Made by a program: the position numbers and the translations under genes
DNA from: Octopus sinensis
Lineage: Eukaryota
DNA: 49,180 bases
Assembly: GCF_006345805.1 (NCBI RefSeq)
Contig: NW_021835785.1
Location: forward strand, 1 to 49,180
Direction: 5' to 3'
Part shown: piece after piece, positions 12,730 through 26,002 of the stretch
Layout: every line of letters begins with the position of its first letter
Numbering within the stretch: position 1 is the first letter of the stretch
The notes under the pieces: model-generated
The model's database searches: none
What the model saw: only the letters and a program-made list of their open reading frames with translations
Told to the model about the DNA's origin: nothing

Positions 12730-14873
12730 ACTGAAATACATAAAACTATTACATATACATATTACTATTCGAAGCAATTTACAATTAGTACTTCGCCGAT
12801 GATCATAGATTTTAAAAAATAATGAATGCTCATTTTTTAAAGATATTCAACGAAATGATACGATACAGAAATACTGTTCGGATTCCCTCGCTTGTTATTA
12901 GAAAATTTTTTTAGCTTCATGCATTAAAACTTTAATCAACAGAGTAGGCTTTTATAATATAACATTAAAACAAATCTATTGTAAACCTATAGTTAGATCT
13001 ATAAATATTTCTGTCTCAAACTCGTAAAATCTGAAATCATAAAATCATTTTGTTAGATAAGCTTGTCGGTGGTGATTCAGCTTGGCCACAGCCTTAGGGC
13101 TGAAACACGTAAAAGAAGAAATGAAAGAATGACAATGTAAACATATGTATCATTAATGATTTCTCTCATTAGATAAACAATTTCTGAAAAACCATAAATA
13201 TTATGAAATTTTAAAATGAGAATGTTCCCTATAGCTTCAACGTCATACAGTTTTGCCTTCTAAATTTTTTTTTGTTTTTAGCCGCTCATTTTTCATAAAA
13301 TAATTAGTCCACCATCTCGATATAGACTGCAATTTAAAGTATTAAATATTAAAAGTTGAAGTTTAAACAACGATTTGCATCTTGTATTCTCCATTCTTGC
13401 AAATGCCTTGACCCCGTAAAATTTTCTGTTGAATAATTCTTGTGTTTTGAAACCGATTTATTATTGGTTACAGTTGATGATCCAGCTTCTAAAGTTTATT
13501 TGGGGATAAAGTTAAAATACTTTTCTGTGGCGAATTAATCAGCATCAAGATTCCTTTTGAAATACGATCTTTGGATGCAAATTTCTCAAAGTACACGCAA
13601 CTATGCTGGAATAATCCCCCCAAACAAATTTATAATATTGTTCTCATGTCAGACATGATACAAGCTATAACTTACTGACAACTTCAAAGAAAATATTTAC
13701 ATCCGTGACGTATTTAATCTTAGATACTTTATTACTAATATCAAATGAAATTATTTCTATAACAATAAATTCTAATAGTTAATAAACACTTACTTTATAC
13801 GTGTTTATACCCCGGCTGATTTTATATAAATAAGGCTCAACGAGCATTAAAATCCCTGCCAACTAAATATATTAGATTTTAATTGGCATGCAATTTACAT
13901 AACCCTTTCATTTTGATATTTAGTATATACAAATGTGGATTTAATTAGCTTGAAGACACTTTAAGACTTCCTTACATGACAAGCTTGTCCGCATCATATA
14001 GTTTTTACAAATTTTGCCACATTATACATACACATATATATGTGTGTATATGTTTATGAGTGCATGCCTGTGGCATATAAGTATTAATGTATATACGTTT
14101 GTGAGTATTATTATTTATATATGTATACATATATATATTTGTTTAAATATGTATTTATGTGTATTTATATGTATACATTTGGGACGGTGATGTCTATAAA
14201 CATGGTTTCAGTTTCGAATTGAGAACAGTTTTTCTTACGTCGTTAATGCCTTTCTTACCTACACACACACATAAGCATAATTTAAACATACACATGGGAA
14301 CATATACACACAGACAAACAAACAGTTATGTAGGTTATTTTTGAATGCATGTATCCACATGAACTGTATAGCATTTGAGTCTTTGCGTTTTACTGATGTG
14401 CGGATGTACATAGCATTTTTGTGTCGATTACAGAATTATAACATTGGTTTTTGGTGCTTCATTTCATGCCGTGAAAACTACAGGACCTTGGTCACGTGTC
14501 AGTGTGGAATGTTGGAAATATGTTGCCATGAAATTTGAGTCTAATTCAAAAATATTAATCGCTATCTAATTTCTTCTCTCGACCTTACCTCAGTTACAAC
14601 ACCCACTTTTGCTATCTACCTCTATTTCTAATTACTAGTATGTTTATTGCCACCTTTCTCCTCCATCACAACGTCTTACCCCTCGTGTACCCTTTTTGCA
14701 TCATGCTTCTTTTTATCATCTCTCTCTCTCTCCCTTTCTTCCTCTCTTTCTCTCGTATACTCGCAAACAACACACACACACACATGCATATATATATACA
14801 TATATTTATATATACGTATATATATATATATATATATTGACAGAAGGGCACTCACTTGTATACATACACACAG

Positions 14874-14911
<38 letters not shown>

Positions 14912-15095
14912 ATGTGTGTGTGTGTGTGTGTGTGTGTATGTATACAAGTGAGTGCCCTTCTGTCAGTCCATTACAAACTCCTTTGCAAACAGACTTGAGT
15001 GAATAAAATATCAATGAAGTCAAGCATAAAACATCGTTCTAAATATTTCATTCAACAATCATCAACACAGTTATTCGCAAAGGGACACGCGTGCG

Positions 15096-15130
<35 letters not shown>

Positions 15131-15651
15131 CCTTCTATCTCTCTTATCTCACCCATTCTTTGTCGTTCCCTATCTCCCCTTATCTATCTCCCTATCTCTC
15201 TCCCCCTTTCTCTTTCTTCACTCACTTCCTCTCTCTCTCTCTCCTTTGCTCCATTTATATATACATAATTATATGCATAAATATATACAAAAATCAGCGG
15301 TGGCTATGACTTCTATAGAATATCGGTAGAAATAACATTAGCAAAATAATGTTAAGAGCACTGCTAACGCAGTAGAATGCGGTGTTCATTCATAAAACAT
15401 TCAGTATACTTTATACTATATTATGGTTGCATAACAAAATACCACGTATCTACAAATCATTAATATTTCTTGAAAGTGCTGCACTGCGAATTTGAACCCC
15501 GATACCACACGACAGTGTTGCGAATTTCCTAACGAAACAGCCATAATTATGATTTACGCGTATACACGGGTCCTCCACAGGTGAACATAGGCTATGTTCA
15601 CAAAGAGAGCGCAGAAATGATAAGAAAAACCATGAGCATTTACATAAATAT

Positions 15652-15954
15652 TTTTTCGCCCTTTTCAAGCCTAGCCAGGCTCATGGGCCCGGTTTCCCGG
15701 TTTCTGTGACGTATGTGTTTCCCCCAGCTGGACGGGACGCCAGTCCATCGCAGCGCTACTCAAGAAACAGGAAGAAAGAGTGAGAGAAAATTGTGGCGAA
15801 AGAGTACAACAGGGGTCACCACCACCCCCTGTCGGGGCCACGTGGAGCTTTTAGGGGTTTTCGCTCAATAAACACACAACGCCCGGTCTGGGAATCGAAA
15901 CCACGATCCCCCGACCGCGAGTCCGCTGCCCTAACCACTGGACCATTGCGCCTC
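15652..15954 (-). mobile_element. SINE family C (tail type 1)
   Basis: reverse complement of 4801-5093. Confidence 0.9.
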
Positions 15955-15970
15955 CAAACATAAATATCTT

Positions 15971-16206
15971 ACGATGGCGAGCTAGCAGACTCGTTAGCAC
16001 GCCGGGCGAAATGCGTAGCCGTATTTCGTCTGCCGTTACGTTCTGAGTTCAAATTCCGCAGAGGTCGACTTTGCTTTTCATCCTTTCGGGGTCGATTAAA
16101 TTAAGTACCAGTTACGCACTGGGGTCGATGAAATCGACATAATCCGTTTGTCTGTCCTTGTTTCTCCCCACTGTGTTTAGCCCCATTGTGGGCAGTAATG
16201 AAATAG
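15971..16206 (+). mobile_element. SINE family B, full length
   Basis: matches 9007-9240. Confidence 0.9.
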
Positions 16207-16522
16207 ATATATTAATTTCACTGATATTTTATACTTTTTTTGTATCTAAATATGCTGGTACAATACAAACGACTGTTGATAATGTATGGTATGATCATCA
16301 ATGAAAGATTTGATTGTCTCCTTTCTTGTTCTTGTTTCATATTCCGCAATTCTTGAAAGTCCTCTAGGCGATATTTGAATATATTTGTCATACTTGAATT
16401 TATTGGTACCTGATTGTTTGGTATGGTTAACCAAACTCGTTTAATACTGAATGCTTTAGTGATACCTGCCTGGATTCATTAATCCATTTTACTTATACAT
16501 ATATGTATGTATATATATATAT

Positions 16523-16642
<120 letters not shown>

Positions 16643-18123
16643 ATATATATCTATCTATATCTACACAAACAAACACACACACGCACACACATATATATAT
16701 ACATATATATATATGTATATCTATATATACATATACATATATATACATATACATACATATAAATATATATATATATTATATATATATATATATTATATAT
16801 ATATATATAAGGGCATTCTCCACGTCGTTTCTCTATGAACTGTATTGTCAATGTATTATTCCTTTTTAAGATGTAGAATATGATATGGGAGAGATGGGTT
16901 GCTATTTCTAACAAGTCGGAGTATCAAGCAGAGACTTCGTCGCTAGATCGTAATAATAAGACATGAATATTTTTTTCTCTCATTTGCAATATCAAAAATT
17001 AATTACTCGTTGAAGATATTCATGATGATCAAGATGATTATCAGTTGATTTACGATATTCGTAATCAGTAAAATAATTAACTCTATCAACGCCAACACTA
17101 ACAACACAACTTGTCGCTCCATAATTGTCAATATCATGAGATTACGGAGAGAATAATTAAGATGAAGAAACGAATGGAGCACATTAATCCAGATACACTT
17201 AAAGGGACCATTTATCAAATGTCCAATTTATAGCCCATCAACTTAGAAGCATTTTATGATAAACTTCTTCTTGTTAATTGTGTAGTACTATGTTGTGCGT
17301 TCAGCCTCCACCTGCGACTTCTCATTAATCTGTCATACGTTCGTGTTTTGGACAAATACGTATACATTGATATTTAATTCAGCTATAAAACACCTTTTAT
17401 TTTGCCAAAATAAGACCTTGTCATGTTACAATAAGCTGATACATACGAATGTGTTCGCTGGTGGTAAAATGTGTTTGTTAGTAAAACTTAACGTCTGCCT
17501 TTATTTGGTAGATAAAGGATAGATACGAGAAATGTTCCAGCTGCGACAGTACCATCGTTCTACAAGCACAGTACTACCAAAAGATTTTTTATTGCATGCT
17601 CACTGGTCGCGAATATGATGATGTTGGTTAGGCAAAAGTTAACCCTGATTAAACAGATAATACTCTAATCAGTCTTGTTCATGTCATCTGCGGTTGGGGA
17701 TTCAGGAGAGTTTATGTAGAACACCAATGGTATCGATATCACCGGTCTCGAAGAGTCTGCAAAAGTTATGGGCAATGCCCATTTTTGTGGCCCAGGAAGC
17801 AACACACACATATACACACACAAATTGTTTTCAACGTCTTGTTAGAATGACCGAGGCTCACGTTGTTAAGCTTATGTATTTGTTTTGCAAGATTCTTGAT
17901 GAGAAGCTGTGTGTTCAATCATATTGTTATATTTGGGAATAGTCAGGTTTTGTCAACTAAATACGCACACGGCTTATTTGATCTTCACTTTAGCTGTATT
18001 ATTTTATTTTTTAGTATATTTGTTCGTCAAAGTTGTCTCGCCACACTTTCTGTAACTTCTTCAGCAACTCAGTCTCCCATGGGTATCCTCTTTCCCTGCC
18101 AGTTCCAGTTTGTCCTTCTGTGA

Positions 18124-18173
<50 letters not shown>

Positions 18174-18469
18174 GAATGAAGAGAAAGAGTACTCAACATA
18201 GCATTGGTGGATAGAATTTCTGTATTTGTGTATTAAGGCTACCATTTTCAGATACTTTTCTTAATATGAAACCAATGGTAGTCTTAATACAAACGCACAA
18301 ACACACACACACATACACGCACACACACACACACACATATACGTTTGTCGCAATACATAACAGAGATATATAAAGTGTGAGTTAAGGCTAAAGCAACATA
18401 GTTAAGAGATATAATTCCAACAGAACCCCAAATCCAATAACTATACGACAAATATGAAAATCAAAATCC

Positions 18470-18504
<35 letters not shown>

Positions 18505-18507
<3 letters not shown>

Positions 18508-18788
18508 TTGTTTCTCTCCGTGTTTCTTTTCTGTGTATCTTTCTGTAAAAGACTTGTTTTATTTATATTCCTGAGCGCCATACTAATACAATTGTTTGTT
18601 TGTACTCCACCTGCCTTCGTCTTTTGTTTATTTTCATAAAGCTTTCCGTTATAATATATATGTTGAAGAGCGTAGGCTCGAAACGTTAAGACTTGTTTTA
18701 TTTATATTCCTGAGCGCCATACTAATACAATTGTTCGTTTGTTTTCCACCTGCCTTCGTCTTTTGTTTATTTTCATAAAGCTTCCCGT

Positions 18789-18790
<2 letters not shown>
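18505..18790 (+). mobile_element. (TA)n-inserted Penelope-LTR-like partial tandem repeat with degenerate minimal HHR-like motif
   Basis: ~100-bp direct repeat (18549-18651 / 18688-18790) separated by TTGAAGAGCGTAGGCTCGAAACGTT; (TA)n on both sides. Confidence 0.65.
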
Positions 18791-18838
<48 letters not shown>

Positions 18839-19366
18839 GTTTAAAACTGTAACAAACTACATGGAGAATATAACATTTGCAAAAATAATATGATTTACCA
18901 AAAGCAAGAACAATATACACCAACTAGCTGTGTAATCAAATGAAAACAAATCAACCACACGTTCAAACTGTAAAACATACATTATCAAGACAGAAGAATA
19001 TTTGAACTTGTTACCAAACTACAATCGGTGGCTGAAGCATTACTGTAAATCACAAGATATTCTTGGGAATCCAACCAGTGCAACTATTAGCAGAGAAGAA
19101 TTAATTAAAGTTCATTTTTGCAGCCAAGCCAATCTTTATTAATAATGAAAAGCAAGTTAAGTAAATGACTTAAAGGTGAAATAGTAAATGAACAAATATC
19201 AAAAAAAATTTAATTCACAAAGTTTAATTTTAAATTTAAATTAGGCCTTCGGGAAAGAGAGAAATGTTTGGTTGAAATAATTACGCTATTATCATTTTGT
19301 ATTAATAGTCTGACGTATTTTACATAGTTTTATATACGCGCAACATTTTATGAATACAGACAACAT

Positions 19367-19428
<62 letters not shown>

Positions 19429-19463
19429 GAGACAGACAGAAAGATAGATACATATATATATAG

Positions 19464-19499
<36 letters not shown>

Positions 19500-19547
19500 T
19501 ATACAATATATATGGATATGTGTGTATAATACATACAGAGACAAATG

Positions 19548-19596
<49 letters not shown>

Positions 19597-20072
19597 GTGT
19601 GTGTGTGTATACATATATATATATACTTATGTATGTATTTACGTTTGCATATGTATATATCATGTATATATTCATAAGTGTGTGGTTGTGTTTGGTTGTG
19701 TGTATATGGATACATATATACATCATTCGTATATAAGTATGCTTATATTTCTATACACACGTATGTGTGCACACATATATTTACATATACATATATGTAT
19801 ACATATGTATGCGTCTGTGTGTAATTGTGTATGTGTGCGCGCAGACGTGTGTGCATATATTAATGAATGTATGTGTTTTTAAATAATTACATATCTCTTT
19901 ATCCAGAATCGCATGTGGACACACACACACACACACACATAAGGTATATGTGTTTATGATAATTTATGTGTACATATACTTAGTGTATATATGTGAGTGT
20001 ATGTGTGTGTTTATATATATCTATATATGTGTGTGTGTGTGTGAGTGTATGAGTGTGTCTATATATATATAT

Positions 20073-20073
<1 letters not shown>

Positions 20074-20116
<43 letters not shown>

Positions 20117-20133
20117 GTAGATAGATAGATAGG

Positions 20134-20196
<63 letters not shown>

Positions 20197-20197
20197 G

Positions 20198-20266
<69 letters not shown>
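20074..20266. repeat. (AGAT)n microsatellite
   Basis: direct reading; source of the IYLS-repeat ORFs. Confidence 0.95.
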
Positions 20267-20267
<1 letters not shown>

Positions 20268-20339
20268 TACACACACATGCATATATGCAGATACGTGTAA
20301 AAACACATAAACTCATATATGTATGCATGTGTGATTATG

Positions 20340-21565
20340 CATCAGGTTAAGTCGAATTTCTTTTATGTATTTCAAGCTTTAATTAGTAGCTGAAACAAAT
20401 TACATACGGAAAGTGTTCATTCATCAAAATACATCCCATTCTATTCTATTGTATTTTGCCATCGTTGAGACAGTAACTTAATTCTACGCCCATACCATTT
20501 GGCCGTTTTAGAGGCAATAAGCCCCTTGCTCTAGTTTTCAATCTCATCCACATTGCTGAACCTCAGTCCGTGCAGGAAATAAGCCACAGCTCGGAAAAGG
20601 TGATAATTTGATGATGCAAATTGTGGACTACAGGCAGGATAAGGCATGACTTTCATCTCCTCAGTCTCCCCATGTTTGGACTTAATCGCATGGGCAGTGA
20701 GTTGAGGCATTGCCATGCTGTTGGAGTGAGCCTCTTCGATTTACCAATGCCAGGTAGTGTGATTTCAATGCATCATATACTCGCTGAAGTTGTCGAGCAT
20801 AAAGTTTAGCTTTCAAAGCGTAACCATCAGGACAAGTTCAAAGTGCAGCACTCCTCGAAATTCCAGTAAACACAATGTCCTTGTCTGACAAAAAGTTCTG
20901 AAACCTGGCCAGAACGAAGCCGCTGAATTCTCTTATTAGGATTACGAAAATCGATACATTTTTTATCCCCAGTTAAATTCTACGACAAAAACGGGAATTT
21001 GCCCGCAGTGGTTTCCAAATGTGCACACGTCGGTGAGCCTGGTCATTGGTCATTGTCAGGTCATGAGGAGCTTCTTGATAGCATCTGTTCAGAAGGACGA
21101 ACTTATGGAGGTATCGATTGATGGTGCTTTTGAAGTACCAAGTCCTATCGACAACGCGCAAGAGCCTTTGCTTCTTCAACTATTCAAAACAAGTTTTCAT
21201 CTTCCACAAAATGAGATCTTCAAGGCTCGTGTCATCTTTCTCGAAACGTCTGAAACATTATTGTGCCATAAGTTTTACAGTCCCTGGTTCTTTTGTATCA
21301 TTAATTTTTTTTGTGCTTTTACCCTTGTATTCAGTACTTTCTACAGGTAGCGTAAAATGCCTTTAATTACATTTTCTTTTCACCATTCATTGCCAAAATT
21401 GTAAAATAAGAATGGACAATTGATGCTTACATGACATATTTGAAAATAAATAAACATTTCAACAACGATTGGGCAAGATATTTCAAATTAATGATAAAAC
21501 ATGAAGATACAAGTTATCCAAAATCAGCTGTGGAAATCCGAAAGAAACTGACTCAACGTTGTACA
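20340..21565 (-). mobile_element. decayed mariner transposon (transposase pseudogene)
   Basis: minus-strand fragments LTGDKKCIDFRNPNKR (cf. TGDEKW) and VMPYPACSPQFASSNYHLFRAVAYFLHGLRFSN (cf. HPPYSPDLAPSDYHLF); degenerate TIR-like ends near 20340 and 21565. Confidence 0.85.
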
Positions 21566-21652
21566 TTTTCATCTATGTATATGCATACACACACACACAT
21601 ACATACATACATACACATACATACATACATACTACATACATACATACATACG

Positions 21653-21803
<151 letters not shown>

Positions 21804-21875
21804 CATATCCATAAATCATATATATCAGAGATCCATATCAATATGGAAATAAGTATATATATATATGTATGTATA

Positions 21876-22716
21876 TACACGAGCAGATACCCAAAAGTAA
21901 CAGGAAACGTTCTCTCGGGGACAAGCCCATTGTAGTTCAGACTTCTGCCGACCGACGTCGTGGTATCTAGTCTTACTGCCTGTCCTTGTTTTGGGAGCTT
22001 CTCCTGTATTCGTCGATTTTTGCGTTGGCTGAAAGGAAGGAATAGCATGCTTCCATGGAATTTTGTTTTCTGCTGGAGAAATCATCCACCGAAATTATTG
22101 TCATCTCTTCAAGCAACTTACAAGGCCGATGCTATGAGTAAAATACAACTTTACTAGTGGTTTTCACACTTTAAGAATGATCACTTGTCACTTAAAGACC
22201 AACCTCGATCAGAGCGACCGTCGACATTTCGAGCGAATGAAAACCGCGAAGCTTCTTGAAGCGATCTTGAAGATCCGTCGCCAAACAACTGACGACGTTG
22301 TTGATATGAGTGGTGTGTCCTGGGGCTCCTACCAAGAAAGTTTTAGCGAAGAATTACGAATAAAGAATGTTGCAGCGAAATTTTGTGTCTCACTGGCCCA
22401 TGGATGATCAAAAGCAGACACGGCTAAATGCGCGTCGTGAACTGAAAGAACAGTTGAAAGTTCATCCAGACCTTTTCTCGAAGGTCATCACTGGTGAAGA
22501 AAGCTGGTGCAGATGTGGAAGAGGTGAAGAAGAAAAAAACCACGGAGGCGATAAAAGACACTTCACAAAAGTTCCAAGATTGCCTCGAACAAGTGGAAAA
22601 CGTGTCTGGCGGATGCATTGCTTCAAATGGAAAATACTTTGAAGGCGATAAAAGTTTAAACACGTAAAATTAAGTGAATAAAATATTGCAAAATTCAGGG
22701 TTTTTTGGGGTACACC
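21876..22716 (+). mobile_element. internally deleted mariner transposon (pseudogene)
   Basis: frameshifted LQATYKADAMSKIQLY*WFSHFKN, DDQKQTRLNARRELKEQLKVHPDLFSKVITGEESWC joined to C-terminal CIASNGKYFEGD; TIR-like GATACCCAAAAGTAACAGGAA / TTCAGGGTTTTTTGGGGTAC. Confidence 0.88.
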
Positions 22717-23180
22717 CCCAGCGAACACACACACACACACTTACACACGCGCGTACACACACACACACACATATACATGTTTGAGTATGTATGTAGGAAC
22801 ATGTGTACATAAATTCATGTATAATCATACGCAGCATAAATGTATATACAATTATACTTATATATGTTTTCGTGAGTGTATATTGGTGTTATATTTGTGT
22901 GTACATGTGTGTGAAAGGAAGACGGGTAGAGAACAATACAATAGAGTGAAGATAGAAATCTGATATAATATTTCTAAGTGTTACAACTTGTCTGTAACGT
23001 GCTAGACGTGCGCATGTGGAGGAAAACATATTGCAAACATAATAGTATAAAATTGAGTTATGTGCTTATGCTGAAGACACGTATAATTTATTGTATGATA
23101 TATTTTCATTAGTATTTCACACTTTTTTGATAGTTTCTGTCTCTTTTCATGACATCAATGTACATATGTGCAGGCACACG

Positions 23181-23211
<31 letters not shown>

Positions 23212-23235
23212 TGTGTATATACACACATACACACG

Positions 23236-23275
<40 letters not shown>

Positions 23276-23329
23276 TACATACTACATGTAGATATACTTA
23301 TGTACTCATTTAAATACATTCTTATATAA

Positions 23330-23434
<105 letters not shown>

Positions 23435-24004
23435 TGTATATGAGTCTGTAATTACATACGCGCTCACACAGACACACTCGTGTGTTTGTGCACATATGCA
23501 CGCATATATAACCGTATATACGAACTATAAACGTTAGGAGGTGAATATATTTGTTTAACAGCTCGTCGTCCTTGGATTACGACCGTTTCGCTGTCTTAAC
23601 CGATCGTAGGAGACAAACTTTGCCTCCCACCATCTATGGGTGCACGCCTATGAGCCAAGCGCATATATGAGAGGGTCTCTCAAGGCTAATTACGCAGTAT
23701 TCCGTGTTCTCACAAGTCATCCATTTTAAGTTATATATAAGGTAATAAAGATTACCTTATATATATCATATATATTAACTACAGCATTAGAGCAGTTTTG
23801 CTCTCATTTCTAGCAATGCAGGTATTTTCTAGCACTCTGGTCACATTTAGTGACATTTGTAATTTTCCATTTTGGTAAAACATTGCACACTGTTGTTTAT
23901 ATCAATTTTATATACACACATTAGCGAATCGCTAAATCAGCCAATTATTCGGAGGACAAAAACATAAACACTAATGGTGAAGAGAATCCTGAAAGAGCCG
24001 AACA

Positions 24005-24075
24005 GTCGAGCTTTCTTAGCTGATGAGGCAACGGAAGTTGCCGAAACTGACGCATCAGTATTAAGAATACTCGAT
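24005..24075 (+). ncRNA. canonical type I hammerhead ribozyme
   Basis: GTCGAG CTT TCTTAG-CTGATGA-GGCAAC GGAA GTTGCC-GAA-ACTGA CGCA TCAGT-A^TTAAGA ATA CTCGAT: invariant core intact, three closed stems, GUA triplet (cut after 24060), bulged extended stem I. Confidence 0.88.
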
Positions 24076-24194
24076 CGGCACTTTCAGATGATTATTGTCC
24101 CTGTTAGAGTATATTTTTTAATTCATGTGCATTAATTGCAGCCTTAGAGCAGTTTAGCTGTTATTTCTAGCAATGTATGGTTTATTTTTTACAG

Positions 24195-24582
24195 GTACTG
24201 TCAAGTGTGAGTCGTGGCAAACAATTTAAATCAAGACCTGATACCAATGGATTTCTTTTTTGGGGTGTTGTAAAGAACAAGGTTTATGAGAAGAATCCCA
24301 AAACAGTAAGTGAATTAAACGATTACGTTTCTGACGCATTCACCGATATTGGCGAAGATCAGAATTTGTGCCGCACTGTGTGTCAGACTGGTCTGAAGAG
24401 GTTTGAAGAATGTTGCAATGTTGAAGGATGTCATTTTGAGCATCTGAGAGATTACACATTGTCTGTTTAAGATATGTGTAAACAATATGATTGTAAGATA
24501 GAAATTTAAATGTAATAAAATGCTTTAAAGGAAATTTAAAGTGCCTATGTGATAACTGTAAACCTACTTTTGGCCACTCTGC
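24195..24582 (+). mobile_element. 3' fragment of a Tc1-like transposon
   Basis: FLFWGVVKNKVYEKNPKTVSEL...CCNVEGCHFEHL resembles the Tc1-like DFFLWGxxKxxVY...G.HFEHL C-terminus; ends in TIR-like CTACTTTTGGCCACTCTG. Confidence 0.75.
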
Positions 24583-24604
24583 ATATATATATGTATATAT
24601 ATAC

Positions 24605-24662
<58 letters not shown>

Positions 24663-24668
<6 letters not shown>

Positions 24669-24993
24669 ATTATTAGGGAATAAATCCCAAACTTACAGGG
24701 AAAAAATCAGATTTAGAATTGAATCCAATTTTATAGTAAAATATTATATTATATTAAATTAGGGACAAAACCACTATTAGGCAAATCATACAATGATAAA
24801 AAAATTAAGCCAGAGATTATTTAATTATATTTATTAAATATATAACAAAATTATAAAAAAATATAATTAATTATATTTTTTTAATAATTTTGTTATATAT
24901 TTAAATAATATAAACTAAATAATCTCATGTATTGGCTTAAGTTTTTCATTGTATGATTTGCCTAATAGTGGTTTTGTCTATAATTTAATATAA
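24663..24993. repeat. (TA)n-inserted element containing a ~245-bp AT-rich palindrome
   Basis: 24749-24993 inverted repeat centred on ATATAATT|AATTATAT (24868/24869), e.g. GACAAAACCACTATTAGGCAAATCATACAATG versus CATTGTATGATTTGCCTAATAGTGGTTTTGTC. Confidence 0.85.
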
Positions 24994-24994
24994 C

Positions 24995-25065
<71 letters not shown>

Positions 25066-25093
25066 TATATATATTATCTATATAATATATATA

Positions 25094-25127
<34 letters not shown>

Positions 25128-25308
25128 AAGCAATAAAGGGTTTAGCAACGAATTGCCTTACCACATACCGAATTTAGAAATAGCAGTCAAGGGTTATAGC
25201 TATTTCTTCTACAAAAGGGAAATCTCAGTAAAAACAGCAATTGGAAGGCAGACACAAACAGGTAAGAGAGAATGAATAGACGGCAATCTATCATACAATT
25301 TTAAGTTA

Positions 25309-25408
25309 TCTACGGACGCACGTTTCGAAATCAAGTTTTTAGGAAAGCATAAGAATTAAATATTAAATAATTCTACCTTACCCAAACTTCTTTTCTCTTC
25401 AGCGTAGA
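25309..25408 (-). ncRNA. type I HHR, array unit 1 (intact)
   Basis: minus strand TCTACG-CTGAAGA-G(67 nt)C-GAA-ACGTGCGT-C^CGTAGA; 6-bp stem I, GUC triplet, cut between 25315 and 25314. Confidence 0.82.
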
Positions 25409-25902
25409 ATACTATAATCATAAATGATTATATATTGAATTTTGAGATACTAGAAGGCACCAACTCAACTCAGTATCAGAGCGAGCTAGAATCCGCAACT
25501 AGTATCACCAAATTCAAAGTGTGAATGAAAAGATTGTGTCACCAGCCCCTTCCCACCCGCGTGTAGCCAAAACAAGATGCTGTGGTCATCTACTGAGATA
25601 AAATATGGTTATCCGTAATAATGAAGGGTGAAATTAATTAATTTGGAATAATTATCAATTACACCAAGTAGTCTTCGGCATGTAAAAGCCTCATTCGAGG
25701 AAAATTTAAGTAATACTAAGCAATAAAGGGTTTAGCAACGAATTGCCTTACCACATACCGAATTTAGAAATAGCAGTCAAAGGGTTATAGCTATTTCTTC
25801 TACTAAAAAGGGAAATCTCAGTAAAAAACAGCAATTGGAAGGCAGACACAAACAGGTAAGAGAGAATGAATAGACGGCAATCTATCATACAATTTTAAGT
25901 TA

Positions 25903-26002
25903 TCTACGGACGCACGTTTCGAAATCAAGTTTTTAGGAAAGCATAAGAATTAAATATTAAATAATTCTACCTTACCCAAACTTCTTTTCTCTTCAGCGTA
26001 GA
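25903..26002 (-). ncRNA. type I HHR, array unit 2 (intact)
   Basis: identical to unit 1 motif. Confidence 0.82.

Noticed and set aside
16960-17250. Interrupted reading frame (LLVEDIHDDQDDYQLIYDIRNQ...)
   Set aside because: Multiple stops and no family recognised
23565-23640. Minus-strand GAAACGGTCGTA half-hammerhead with an upstream hairpin
   Set aside because: No CUGANGA-like segment preceded by matching stem I found upstream
25420-25525. Plus-strand translation NFEILEGTNSTQYQSELESA resembling a GIY-YIG endonuclease C-terminus
   Set aside because: Short, antisense to the ribozyme and not distinguishable from chance without an HMM search
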